Shown here piece after piece: positions 21,076 through 31,125 of a stretch of 64,000 bases of DNA. Both the position numbers and the translations under genes were made by a program. The number at the start of each line of letters is the position of its first letter. Positions within the stretch are counted from its first letter, which is position 1. Location of the stretch: positions 1 to 64,000 of IMG/VR virus record IMGVR_UViG_3300024493_000235, one strand, 5' to 3'. This DNA is from a virus. Taxonomy: Duplodnaviria; Caudoviricetes. The notes under the pieces are model-generated. The model ran no database searches and was not told the origin of the DNA. It saw only the letters and a program-made list of their open reading frames with translations.

Positions 21076-21945
21076 TTAAATAAAAGCTTTTCCAGCAACA
21101 GCTTGGCTAAAGCGTATTACTAGCGTATTCTCGTCGGAAGCTGCATAATCACACATTCCGATTATTTGTCGACCTAAAGTATCAAGAGTAAGCACACTGA
21201 TAATTGTTTTATCAAGATTATGCTCAATTGTCCAAGTATTTGACGGTTCTTCTTGTTCGTAAATATATCCTTTTTGATTTCCGATGTTTTGTGTCAACCC
21301 TTTAAGTAGTTCCTCAAGTTCATCTTTTCTTACAAAATCACTGGTACCTAATGTATCCCCTAAGCCAAGAATTTCTTTAAGTTTTTCATCTAACTCCTTT
21401 TTCGTATAAATGTCTTTAACCCATGATAATGGAGTATAACGAGAAAGAGCGTCGTCTAATTCTTCTTTGGTAATAGCATTATTTGCTTTTAAAAGAAGTT
21501 TAATTATATTTTCGCTTAAGTTGTTAAGAGTAATCATTTCGACAACAAGTTCATCTGTAAGTCCAGGTATTGTGTAATTTTCTGGGTATGCGCCTGGAAA
21601 TACCATGACTTCGGTAATTTTATCGATATCGAGATAATGTATGACATCGACTTGCGGGCCATCAACAGTGTTCGCTATGTAATGATACGCTATACTATTT
21701 GCGTCTCTGTTAACTTTCCAATTGGTGTTAGTAAATTCAGGAAGAAACGATTTTGAAAAAATAACGTCTTTTCCATCAGTTACTTTAAAGCCGTATATAA
21801 ATTGTTTCGCTAAATTAATTTTTGCTTCGATATCTTCTGGCGACAAGGCTTCGATAGCATCTTTTTCCTCTTGAGTAAGACATTTTTGATCAGGATCTAT
21901 TTTTGCTATCGCTTTCAGTATTGCTTCAAGCACATATAATTTCAT
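21076..21945 (-). CDS. Structural protein with C-terminal PSNTWTIEHNL domain
   Basis: 289-aa ORF at the head of the fibre operon; late-type motif 21970-21981. Confidence 0.6.
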   Translation of the reverse strand: MKLYVLEAILKAIAKIDPDQKCLTQEEKDAIEALSPEDIEAKINLAKQFIYGFKVTDGKDVIFSKSFLPEFTNTNWKVNRDANSIAYHYIANTVDGPQVDVIHYLDIDKITEVMVFPGAYPENYTIPGLTDELVVEMITLNNLSENIIKLLLKANNAITKEELDDALSRYTPLSWVKDIYTKKELDEKLKEILGLGDTLGTSDFVRKDELEELLKGLTQNIGNQKGYIYEQEEPSNTWTIEHNLDKTIISVLTLDTLGRQIIGMCDYAASDENTLVIRFSQAVAGKAFI

Positions 21946-22075
21946 TTTTCTACCACCTTTTTACGGCTTTATATTGATGTTTTTTACATGCTAAGATAAC
22001 CTTTACAACATAGAAATAGCCCAGAATCTTAAACAAATTTATGGGTATATATCATTTATAACAAGGAGAACTATC

Positions 22076-24466
22076 GTGTTAACAAACGAACGCACATATA
22101 CTTCTGATAACATTAAAAGCATAGACGGCATATCACAAATAAGAGCTAAGCCTACAATTTTTATGGGAAGTTTGGGCCCCGAAGGTGTGTACAGATTATT
22201 CACTGAGATTTATGCAAATATAGTCGACGAATTCAATGAAGGTCGTGGAAATAAAATGATTGTCAAAATCAATTCCCAGGATCATACAATATATGTCGAA
22301 GACAACTGTTCGGGAATTCCAATCGAGAAATTCGAAGATGTCATATTACGCCCATTTACAGGCGGCAAATATGACAAAAATGCATATCTTACATCTTCAG
22401 GAACTAATGGTGTTGGATGCAAACTTGTTGCCGCAGCATCTGATATGCTTATAGTCGATACATATAGAGACGGTAAGCACGCTCACGGAGAATTTGCAAA
22501 GGGGATAAAAATAAAGATCGAAGTAACTGAAGATAAAAAACATGCTTCAGGAACTATCTTTTTCTTTAGGCCTGATATTACACTTCTTAAAGATATCTCA
22601 ATGAGTTATCAGAAATATCGAGATACTTTAGAGATTTGCTCGTACATGAACCCCGGTCTTACAATTGATTTTACATTCGATGACAATCAACACTTTTATC
22701 ATCATCCGAAAGGGTTGATCGAGTATTACGAAAAACGCATCATAGATTTACGAAAATATAATGTTGTAAATCAAGCAATTCACTTCTGTGGTGAAACTCT
22801 TAATAGTGAAAAGCTGGCTTTAACAGGAAGTGATGAGCAAACCGATACACCGATTTTCATAAAGTATGAGGCTTTTGTATCTTGGGCTACAAACGTAAGG
22901 CAAGCGAACGTTGAATCGTATGTCAACGGATTAAAAACCAAAGATGGAGGAACTCATGTTAAAGGAGTTACAAGTGCAATCCAAGATTCCATCAAAAAGC
23001 ACATCGCAAAATACAACTTGTGGAATAATTCCCAATACAACATTGAAGGATTGGATATCCTCGAAAACTGTGTCATCCTTGTTGACGCAAAACACTCAGT
23101 GCCATTGTACTCTACCCAAATTAAAGACGAACTTACCAATGAGGACATGCGAGTGTTTGTCAAAGAAGACTTCTCTGCAAAATTCACAGAATGGCTGGAA
23201 TTAAATCAAGCTCCAACAAAACGAATTATTGATTTAATCATCTTAGCTGCAAAAGCAAGATTTGCCGCAAGTAATGCGCGAAAAGCCGTAAGAGCTAATG
23301 CTGCAACAACTAATACATCTGCTCTTATAGGAATCGAAGCATATAGGGCGTGCCGTTCAAAAGATCCTGAAAAATGTGAACTGTTTATAGTTGAAGGGGA
23401 ATCCGCTGGAGGATCTGCAAAATCAGGTTGTGACGATAACTATCAAGCGATATACATGTTAAAAGGGGTTCCTCCGAATACCTATAATAGTAAGGATATT
23501 CTAAAATATCTTAACGATTCAAAATCTGTCATAGGGAATCTTGTGAAGGTGCTTCGTTGCGGAATGGGAAGCTCTTTAGATCTATCAAAGTTGGGCTTTC
23601 ATAAAATTATCATCATGGCAGACGCCGATCCAGACGGCTCTCACATCATAGCATTACTCTTAGGATTCTTCTTTCAGTTCTATCCCGAACTTATAGCAGA
23701 AGGAAAAATCTACATTGCCAATCCTCCGTTATTCAGATTCAGTTTTTCCAAAAATAAACACATGTATGTGTCAAATATGGATATGTACTGGAATATCCTT
23801 GATGCCGCTGTAATTGAAGACTTTAATATCTGTTACATATTTGACAAAAAGGTTTACCCGATTCAAAACCCTGACTTCTTTAAGGGATATTTAATGGCAA
23901 TTCGTGATTATGATAATATCGTAAACATCGCAGGGACACAGACAAACATTCATCCTGAGTTACTCGAATACATCATCATCAACTACGATTCTATCATTAA
24001 ATCAAAATCGTTTAGGCTTAAAAACTTCGAGCTCACAAGATTTTTCTCTAAAGAATTAAACTGTGACTGTATCGAAGGCATCTTCAATAACGTTTTTCAT
24101 CATATCGAACTCACGGGCCATTTATTTCAATTATGTGCTAAAATACTTGAATCTCTTCATGTCATTAAATGGAGCAATCTTGTGTTACAGCATAAAAAAT
24201 CAAAGACAATTCTCGGTCCTTCTCCTTATCAAGTTGCAAATACGATATCTAAGCTTGTAAAAAATGGAGCTGATATAACCCGTATGAAAGGCTTAGGGGA
24301 AATGAGACCGAAGGAGTTGTATGAAACGACTATGAATCCTGAAACACGGACATTAACACAAGTGTCTATGGATTCAGAGAAAATCCAGCAAATTATATCA
24401 AAACTCGATACCTTCATAGGAAGTGATATCCAGTCAAGAAAGCAGTTTTACAGTCAGTACTTGTAA
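22076..24466 (+). CDS. gyrB: Type IIA topoisomerase B subunit (GyrB/ParE family)
   Basis: GHKL motifs EIYANIVDE, DNCSGIP, GGKY..SSGTNGVG; TOPRIM ELFIVEGESAGGSA, MADADPDGSHI; RMKGLGEM..LYETTMNPETR. Confidence 0.93.
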   Translation: MLTNERTYTSDNIKSIDGISQIRAKPTIFMGSLGPEGVYRLFTEIYANIVDEFNEGRGNKMIVKINSQDHTIYVEDNCSGIPIEKFEDVILRPFTGGKYDKNAYLTSSGTNGVGCKLVAAASDMLIVDTYRDGKHAHGEFAKGIKIKIEVTEDKKHASGTIFFFRPDITLLKDISMSYQKYRDTLEICSYMNPGLTIDFTFDDNQHFYHHPKGLIEYYEKRIIDLRKYNVVNQAIHFCGETLNSEKLALTGSDEQTDTPIFIKYEAFVSWATNVRQANVESYVNGLKTKDGGTHVKGVTSAIQDSIKKHIAKYNLWNNSQYNIEGLDILENCVILVDAKHSVPLYSTQIKDELTNEDMRVFVKEDFSAKFTEWLELNQAPTKRIIDLIILAAKARFAASNARKAVRANAATTNTSALIGIEAYRACRSKDPEKCELFIVEGESAGGSAKSGCDDNYQAIYMLKGVPPNTYNSKDILKYLNDSKSVIGNLVKVLRCGMGSSLDLSKLGFHKIIIMADADPDGSHIIALLLGFFFQFYPELIAEGKIYIANPPLFRFSFSKNKHMYVSNMDMYWNILDAAVIEDFNICYIFDKKVYPIQNPDFFKGYLMAIRDYDNIVNIAGTQTNIHPELLEYIIINYDSIIKSKSFRLKNFELTRFFSKELNCDCIEGIFNNVFHHIELTGHLFQLCAKILESLHVIKWSNLVLQHKKSKTILGPSPYQVANTISKLVKNGADITRMKGLGEMRPKELYETTMNPETRTLTQVSMDSEKIQQIISKLDTFIGSDIQSRKQFYSQYL

Positions 24467-24477
24467 AGGAGAGTATT

Positions 24478-25212
24478 ATGACAAAAAAGAAAACCAAAGA
24501 GGAAGAAATAATTCCTCGTTCCACAGAAGGAAAACCCGTATGGGGCGATTTTGTAAAGCACAGAATAAGAGATCTGCATATAAGAAAAAGGCAGCATCTT
24601 GAGAAATTCAGTGCATGGATTTCCGATATGGTTGAATACGGAGCTAAAGGTTTTGCTGAAGAAATATCTTTAGCCCTTTCAACAGCAGCGCACACAACAC
24701 GTAAATGTAATACACCGTTTCCAATTGATTTGAACGGTGATGTTATATTCTTCTTTGAACTGAAGCCTGCGAAGAAACAAGTTAACCTTCAGCGCATGAT
24801 AAGGGACAAAAACAAAATTGAAACCTTCAAAGATGCGTTTGAAAAGCATAAATTCTTATTTGCGCATTTAATGTACGCTGACAGTGTAAATCCTGATCAT
24901 AACTCACTCATGGATATTTACAAAAGTAAAAAAATTGTAAATACGGCCGAATGGAAACAACAAGAATACGAATGGCTTTGCACACAAACACAATTTTTCC
25001 CACCGTATTGCAATAATCCCGTACGCGAAAAATACGGAGATCATGTTTGGCTTTTAAGTATTATCTCCGAAAGAACGCTGAAAATCCTGCAAGCCGAAGA
25101 TCCCAAAATTACTCATGTGGAAATTGCATACGATGATAAAAAGGCTGGAATATCATCCAATTTGATGGAAGGGTTTGATGTGTTGATATCGTTTAATATT
25201 GACGATTGCTAG
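24478..25212 (+). CDS. Hypothetical protein
   Basis: 244-aa ORF, AAGGAG RBS. Confidence 0.7.
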   Translation: MTKKKTKEEEIIPRSTEGKPVWGDFVKHRIRDLHIRKRQHLEKFSAWISDMVEYGAKGFAEEISLALSTAAHTTRKCNTPFPIDLNGDVIFFFELKPAKKQVNLQRMIRDKNKIETFKDAFEKHKFLFAHLMYADSVNPDHNSLMDIYKSKKIVNTAEWKQQEYEWLCTQTQFFPPYCNNPVREKYGDHVWLLSIISERTLKILQAEDPKITHVEIAYDDKKAGISSNLMEGFDVLISFNIDDC

Positions 25213-25338
25213 TATCTATACATCCTTTGAGTATACATAATATATGTAGGAGCACTTAATGATACTTACTTCCTTGACGAAAGAGTTGTTAACTCGTGTC
25301 GTGAAGAAGTATTTTGTGTTTCTATAAGGAGGTATAAT

Positions 25339-25854
25339 ATGTGCACATATTATACGCACACAAACCCGCTACTTGCCAACATTTGCCTTGTCCCAAATCC
25401 CTGTACTGCAGATATAGATTCTGTATACAAAGGGAGATGCATACAAGTAGATGTGAGCGAAATATGTGAAGCGAACGGAATCCCATACGATACAGAAATG
25501 CTTGTTTGTGAAATAAATATCTTTCATCCTGACAACGCAGATCTTGATTATCAAAGTCATCCGCCGAAAGTAGAAAACATCGATATCTGGATTCACAAAG
25601 TACCAAAGTTCATTCCGTACACTCTTATTGAAAACTTACAAGAAGGAGATACAATCGATCTTAACCTACCAATCGACTATATCGACTCGGATCAGTTATA
25701 CGTTGGTTCATTTCGAACATCCGCAATGTGCTGTGCAAGATTTACAGCGTGTCAGACAAAGTCAAAGTTTGCAAGATTCGGGAAGTTTCAAGACGCTGTT
25801 CGTTTCGTAATGAAAAGAAGTCAAGTTGCGCAGTGTTCAGAACTCGCAAGTTAA
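25339..25854 (+). CDS. Hypothetical protein (Cys-rich)
   Basis: 171-aa ORF; AAGGAGG RBS; early-type motif 25232-25241; terminator 25859-25888. Confidence 0.65.
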   Translation: MCTYYTHTNPLLANICLVPNPCTADIDSVYKGRCIQVDVSEICEANGIPYDTEMLVCEINIFHPDNADLDYQSHPPKVENIDIWIHKVPKFIPYTLIENLQEGDTIDLNLPIDYIDSDQLYVGSFRTSAMCCARFTACQTKSKFARFGKFQDAVRFVMKRSQVAQCSELAS

Positions 25855-26011
25855 ATGATATATCGCAGCGGTTTTCCGCTGCGATATTTTTTTGCATCAA
25901 CTAAAAAGTTGAGTATATATCATATTAGTGAGATATAAAAATATATCTTCCCAGTCCGGTATGGATGTAGGGTATTTCTTGTTAGCCTTATAAAAGGCAA
26001 AGAGGTTTATT

Positions 26012-26512
26012 ATGAAATACTTGGCAACAAAGTTTAACGTGTCAAAATGCAAGAACAATGCGTTGTTCAGAATGTTGGAGGACATTATTGCATGGTATCA
26101 TCGCCCGCAGAATGCAGATGAAGGGAAAGGCTCACGAGTCACCGTTGTCAACATTCCGATTACCATGGCAACAGGAGAGTTGTATTATGCCTACATAACA
26201 ATCGAATTTGTTGTGAATGACATAACATTGAGAGCCCATCTCCTCGGTTCGACAATCTGCGGTGACAGCAAATTTGATTTCGTAATCTTGATGCAAGAAG
26301 ATACATCAGAATACAAAATCGACATGACAAGCTCCCTTCGGCATGTCATACAAGATTCTCTTCCAGGATGCAAAATATCGGAGCCCGTTTCAAACGACTA
26401 CCTTGAATGGTTTTTATCTGAGTTGGATCATATCGAAGAAGTCAACGAAGAGATAATTCCGAAGGTATATGGCACCATATTTAACGAACACTTGAAAGGT
26501 ATCTTCGAATAA
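26012..26512 (+). CDS. Hypothetical protein
   Basis: 166-aa ORF; early-type motif 25914-25923; terminator 26518-26543. Confidence 0.65.
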   Translation: MKYLATKFNVSKCKNNALFRMLEDIIAWYHRPQNADEGKGSRVTVVNIPITMATGELYYAYITIEFVVNDITLRAHLLGSTICGDSKFDFVILMQEDTSEYKIDMTSSLRHVIQDSLPGCKISEPVSNDYLEWFLSELDHIEEVNEEIIPKVYGTIFNEHLKGIFE

Positions 26513-26656
26513 CAAACATACCCCGGGCATATGCCCGGGGTATAGTACTTTTTTTAATTAGTCTAACTTTTTTGTGAGTATATATAATATATGTAGCTTA
26601 TGATACATATCCTAACATAGTAGGTAAGTTCACTATTTATTTTAGGAGGATTTTAA

Positions 26657-26926
26657 ATGGGCGGTAAAACGTATCACAACTATGAAGTTAATGATTTTGG
26701 AAAGAGTGTTATCACCACCGATGATCGTGGTGTGATTGTTGAAACGGGAGCAATCCACCTTCAAAAGTACAAAGGTCAAAAAATCGATGATGCTATACGC
26801 GATCTTGAAGACAGAAGATCTGCAAGAAAATCGGACAAATACCAAGGTACAAGAGATCTTGGCAAAACTCAAGGGTCCAGAGTCATAGGATCAAGTGATG
26901 GAACAAAACCGAGAGTTCCAAAATAA
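26657..26926 (+). CDS. Small basic hypothetical protein
   Basis: AGGAGG RBS; early-type motif 26579-26588. Confidence 0.65.
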   Translation: MGGKTYHNYEVNDFGKSVITTDDRGVIVETGAIHLQKYKGQKIDDAIRDLEDRRSARKSDKYQGTRDLGKTQGSRVIGSSDGTKPRVPK

Positions 26927-26928
26927 TC

Positions 26929-27498
26929 ATGTCTGAAAACCTCTTGAAAAACGCACAAGCTAATGTAGTGCAAGATCTAATGCGGTTTGTGCGTTTAGCT
27001 AATGAAGAATTAAAAATAGTGCAGTTTAAAAACGATGAACAGATGAAAAGGTATACTGCACGAAAAGACTCTGTATTTATCCGAAACGAAAAAGGTTGCT
27101 CATTTGAGTTTGTCAACTATTTATATCAAAGGGAATACAATTGGATTCCAAAAGCATATATGCTTGAATTCGAAAATGAATCCCAAGTACGCATGTATTC
27201 TTCTGTTATAATATTTTTTGGCAAATGGGTTATTATCCCTAATGCGTTTAGAACTTCTCATACAAAAATGCATAAAGTAAAAAATCGTAAAGAGGCGTTT
27301 GAAGTTGTAGCACAATTTGAAAATAAAATAAATCCTGTAACACTCTTGTCAGTATATCAATATACGCCTAAAAACAAAGATATGAATATATCTGTGCTCA
27401 TAAAAGACATAATCAATATTGGAAAACGAATATACTTAAAACGAAACGAAGGAGGCCGAGATTGCTCACAAACGCAATTGAACTTTCAACAGCCGTAG
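26929..27498 (+). CDS. Hypothetical protein
   Basis: 189-aa ORF overlapping the gyrA start. Confidence 0.6.
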   Translation: MSENLLKNAQANVVQDLMRFVRLANEELKIVQFKNDEQMKRYTARKDSVFIRNEKGCSFEFVNYLYQREYNWIPKAYMLEFENESQVRMYSSVIIFFGKWVIIPNAFRTSHTKMHKVKNRKEAFEVVAQFENKINPVTLLSVYQYTPKNKDMNISVLIKDIINIGKRIYLKRNEGGRDCSQTQLNFQQP

Positions 27499-29810
27499 AA
27501 GAAAATATGATCGATTTCGCAAAATCAGGTTTTGTAGATAGATACCCGGAAATTGTTGATGGGCTTAAACCCGTTTTGCGAAGAATATTGTATGCAATGA
27601 CTTCTGAAGCTCACCTTACAGATAAAAGCGGAACTATAAAGTGCGCTAAAGTTGTAGGGGACACTATCGGAACATTTCATCCGCATGGAGACACTTCAGC
27701 ATATGGATCTTTAGTTGCAGCCGCTCAAAACTTCACGATAAATTATCCTCTTATAGACGGACAAGGGAATTTCGGAAGTATATTAGGGGACGGACCTGCA
27801 GCATATAGATACACAGAATGCAGATTTTCGAAATATGGCTACCAATGTCTTATAAAGGATTTAAATGAAGAATCGGTTGAATTTGTCCCAACGTTTGACA
27901 ATAGAGCAACTGAACCTTCTGTCCTTCCGTCAGCAGTTCCTAATTTAATTATAAATGGAACCTACGCAATAGCCCCAGCAGCTTTCAATACAAGTATTCC
28001 TCCACATAATTTGGGAGAAGTAATTGATATCACAATAGCCCTCATAAAAGATCCTACAATTTCTAATGACACCATAGGGGATAACTTACTTCCAGACTTT
28101 CCATTCGGAGGAATATTAGTAAATCCTGAAGAAGTGCGTGAGTATTATAAAAATGGAACTCCAGCTTCTATCAAGATGGTAGCTAAATACGAAATCGACA
28201 GAGACAAACACGAGATTCATATATATGAACTTCCGTATCTTGTTGATGGAAACACACTCAAAAATGAAATAAACACTAAGTTCCCAAAGCTAAAAGAGGT
28301 TGGCATAGATGACATAACTCCTGGCTGTACTGAAAACGAAATGGATTTTGTTATCACGTACAGTAAAAATGCCAATCCTGATAAGCTTATACAACTTCTT
28401 ATGCAAAAGACACGCCTATCTGCTACAGCTCAATTGATGTTTACGTGCACTTTATTTGGTAAACTCAAAGTGAACGTAACATTGAAAGAGATGTTTACAG
28501 AATGGATTGCTTTCAGGCGGGGTGTTGTAAGAAAGAATATCATGCATCAGATGCAAAAGATATTCAGGGAAATGCACATCTTAGAAGCTCTAATAAATAG
28601 CTTCGACAAACTCGATCAAATAATCGCCATGATACGGAAAGCGTCGTCCAAAGATGAAATCGTACAGAACTTAATTAACAGCTACAAATGGACTGTTCTT
28701 CAGGCGAATGCGATAGCATCGATGAAACTCTTTGAATTATCAAGACGCAGTAAGGATGAACTTATCACAACTCATGGCAAGTTACAACAAGAAATGGTTC
28801 GTCTACGGGCGAGCATAGGATCAAAGGCAATAGATGATGCAATCATAGCAGAACTTGAGGCGTTTAAGAGCGAATTTGCTCGTCCTAGACGCACCCAAAT
28901 ACAATTTGGTAACGTTCAAGGAAATGTCTCAAATCTTGATCATGATTATCTTATCGCAACTCTCACCGATACAAAAGACGTAAACATTTTAAGGTTGGAT
29001 GCTGTATCTCACGGAAGTAAACGAATGGCTAACATCGGCAAAACGAAAAAGATAAAGAGAGTGTACAAATATAATCCTCATAAAGATTATCTGTTTGCCG
29101 TAAGTAACTTCGGATACATTTACAAAGTGCAGGACATTCAAGAATACATAACAATATCGACACTTGATATAACTTCTTGGAGACCTGTTACAATTGACTT
29201 ATCTCCAAGAATAGGAGAAATGTTAGTCGACATTATCGTTATTCCAAAGGCGTTATACGAAAGTGGAACAGGATATCTTATTGCTTACGATAGCGAACAC
29301 ATGATTAGAAAAATTCCCATATCGAGTGTTCCACAGAGATTCTCGAAGACAGGGTATCAAATTGTGAAGTTCAAAGGAAACGAAAGCGTTATCCTTGGTA
29401 AGTATATACCGTATCAAAAAGACACGCTTATAGGATACGGAAATAGCTCAGGGTACGTGCATGTATATCCTTTGACTTTACTTCCTGATGCTACAAAATT
29501 AACAGGAGCTGTAAAAATATCATCCAGTTCACTTCCAGTGTTCCCACCTTCAATCTTCGACAAAAAAGACAAATACTATTTTGTGTTAGCAGGAGGAACG
29601 ATAGTAACAGGGGATGTGGAAAATGTTGCTATACGAAAATTCGGTTCAACTCCGGCTTCTTTGCATATAGCAGGAAGAAAACAGCCACATATGATTGCAA
29701 TCCACTTCGGATGCCTACCAAAAAATGGTGTCGCTTTAATTGCGGCAGATGGAAATGTATATATAGGCAGTACCCCGCCTCAAGGATGTGTCGGTTCTGT
29801 GGAACTTTAA
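27462..29810 (+). CDS. gyrA: Type IIA topoisomerase A subunit (GyrA/ParC family)
   Basis: DGLKPVLRRILYAM, FHPHGD, DGQGNFGS, catalytic PAAYRYTE, IPPHNLGE, PDFPFGG; TTG start after AAGGAGG. Confidence 0.93.
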   Translation: MLTNAIELSTAVEENMIDFAKSGFVDRYPEIVDGLKPVLRRILYAMTSEAHLTDKSGTIKCAKVVGDTIGTFHPHGDTSAYGSLVAAAQNFTINYPLIDGQGNFGSILGDGPAAYRYTECRFSKYGYQCLIKDLNEESVEFVPTFDNRATEPSVLPSAVPNLIINGTYAIAPAAFNTSIPPHNLGEVIDITIALIKDPTISNDTIGDNLLPDFPFGGILVNPEEVREYYKNGTPASIKMVAKYEIDRDKHEIHIYELPYLVDGNTLKNEINTKFPKLKEVGIDDITPGCTENEMDFVITYSKNANPDKLIQLLMQKTRLSATAQLMFTCTLFGKLKVNVTLKEMFTEWIAFRRGVVRKNIMHQMQKIFREMHILEALINSFDKLDQIIAMIRKASSKDEIVQNLINSYKWTVLQANAIASMKLFELSRRSKDELITTHGKLQQEMVRLRASIGSKAIDDAIIAELEAFKSEFARPRRTQIQFGNVQGNVSNLDHDYLIATLTDTKDVNILRLDAVSHGSKRMANIGKTKKIKRVYKYNPHKDYLFAVSNFGYIYKVQDIQEYITISTLDITSWRPVTIDLSPRIGEMLVDIIVIPKALYESGTGYLIAYDSEHMIRKIPISSVPQRFSKTGYQIVKFKGNESVILGKYIPYQKDTLIGYGNSSGYVHVYPLTLLPDATKLTGAVKISSSSLPVFPPSIFDKKDKYYFVLAGGTIVTGDVENVAIRKFGSTPASLHIAGRKQPHMIAIHFGCLPKNGVALIAADGNVYIGSTPPQGCVGSVEL

Positions 29811-29814
29811 CGAT

Positions 29815-29854
29815 AAAATCGGGGATAACTTTTATATAAGGAATCCCCGATTTT
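29815..29854 (+). terminator. Hairpin after gyrA
   Basis: AAAATCGGGGAT...ATCCCCGATTTT inverted repeat. Confidence 0.55.
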
Positions 29855-29916
29855 AATATGAGGTATACTTATATATAATCTTCAATGAACAAAATATCAG
29901 TGTCAAGGAGGCACAC

Positions 29917-31068
29917 ATGATACCAAACGGAGGTATGACTCCAGGATTTATGCCGGGGATTAATGATTATCCTCCCCAGTTTGTAACATCCTCGGGCTAC
30001 AATATCAAGTTTTACAACTATACTGCGAATACCATCTATATAAGTGATGGTAGTAAAACTAAGCCGAGAATGTTAGAACCGCTTTTAGACAGAGCTACAG
30101 GAGTCCCAAAAGGACAAATGCCGCAGGGAGCGAGTGGAAAAGTGATTGCAATAAGGTCAATTGCACATGAAACTCCCAGTAACTCTGGAAATCTCACCGC
30201 AATCAATTACCAAGACGCATTTTGGGATAAAATATGCACACCGCCTGCACATCCTGGGCCGGAACTTGAAAATTGGTGTCATATTTCAAAAGAGTATAAC
30301 ATTGTATTAGCAGGGAGTCCAAAAATTCTTGATAATTTTATTAAGACATATGGAACTGTGTATGAATACATTAAATGCACAGACTTTGCAACACAATTTG
30401 AAAACACTCTCAACTACGGTATTATGAATTGTACAGGCAAACATCTGTATCAAGTCGATGATACAGGAAGTGACGATATCGGAACTGCCGATATTATAGC
30501 AATACCGTTTGGAAACAATCTTCCTGTTCCACTTTGGGATCAACAAATTGCGAATGAAAGGTTTAATGTCGACACATCACGGCCATTTATAAGAACTTTT
30601 CGATATGAGCTTATAAACGTAAATGAAACGAGTTATACAGGAAGCATGAGGGAACGAATTTTCTATTGGGATGCCGATACTCTCAGTGCAGACGGCTTTT
30701 TGTATATACCTCAGTTCCACGTATGCATATTTGAAAGGTATGACGACGCATTGGAATTTATAAGACAGCACAAAACAGTCGAATCATGGGAAAAATCGAC
30801 CATAAAGAATGAAATGGTTGATATAATCGATGCTCATTGCTCGGAGATAGAATCAAAACTCGCCATAAGAAATCGCATTATTGTAAAAGGCGCCACAATT
30901 TTAGTGTCTCTCCAGATAGCTTGGAAACTGGGAGAACTAATAATCTGGGCTGCTAGAAACAAAGCGGAGAAAAGAAAGCAAACAAAAACCGGTGAAAACA
31001 AATTTTCATCAGGATTTTATAATGGGGCCGAAAATCTCTCCAATTCCATCGGATCTGTGTTCTTGTAA
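29917..31068 (+). CDS. Hypothetical protein with C-terminal TM anchor
   Basis: AAGGAGG RBS; early-type motif 29870-29879; hydrophobic ATILVSLQIAWKLGELIIWAA. Confidence 0.65.
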   Translation: MIPNGGMTPGFMPGINDYPPQFVTSSGYNIKFYNYTANTIYISDGSKTKPRMLEPLLDRATGVPKGQMPQGASGKVIAIRSIAHETPSNSGNLTAINYQDAFWDKICTPPAHPGPELENWCHISKEYNIVLAGSPKILDNFIKTYGTVYEYIKCTDFATQFENTLNYGIMNCTGKHLYQVDDTGSDDIGTADIIAIPFGNNLPVPLWDQQIANERFNVDTSRPFIRTFRYELINVNETSYTGSMRERIFYWDADTLSADGFLYIPQFHVCIFERYDDALEFIRQHKTVESWEKSTIKNEMVDIIDAHCSEIESKLAIRNRIIVKGATILVSLQIAWKLGELIIWAARNKAEKRKQTKTGENKFSSGFYNGAENLSNSIGSVFL

Positions 31069-31125
31069 TTTGCGTAACAACAAAACTTACAATTATACAT
31101 AATTTAAGTAAGAAGGGAGAAATCA

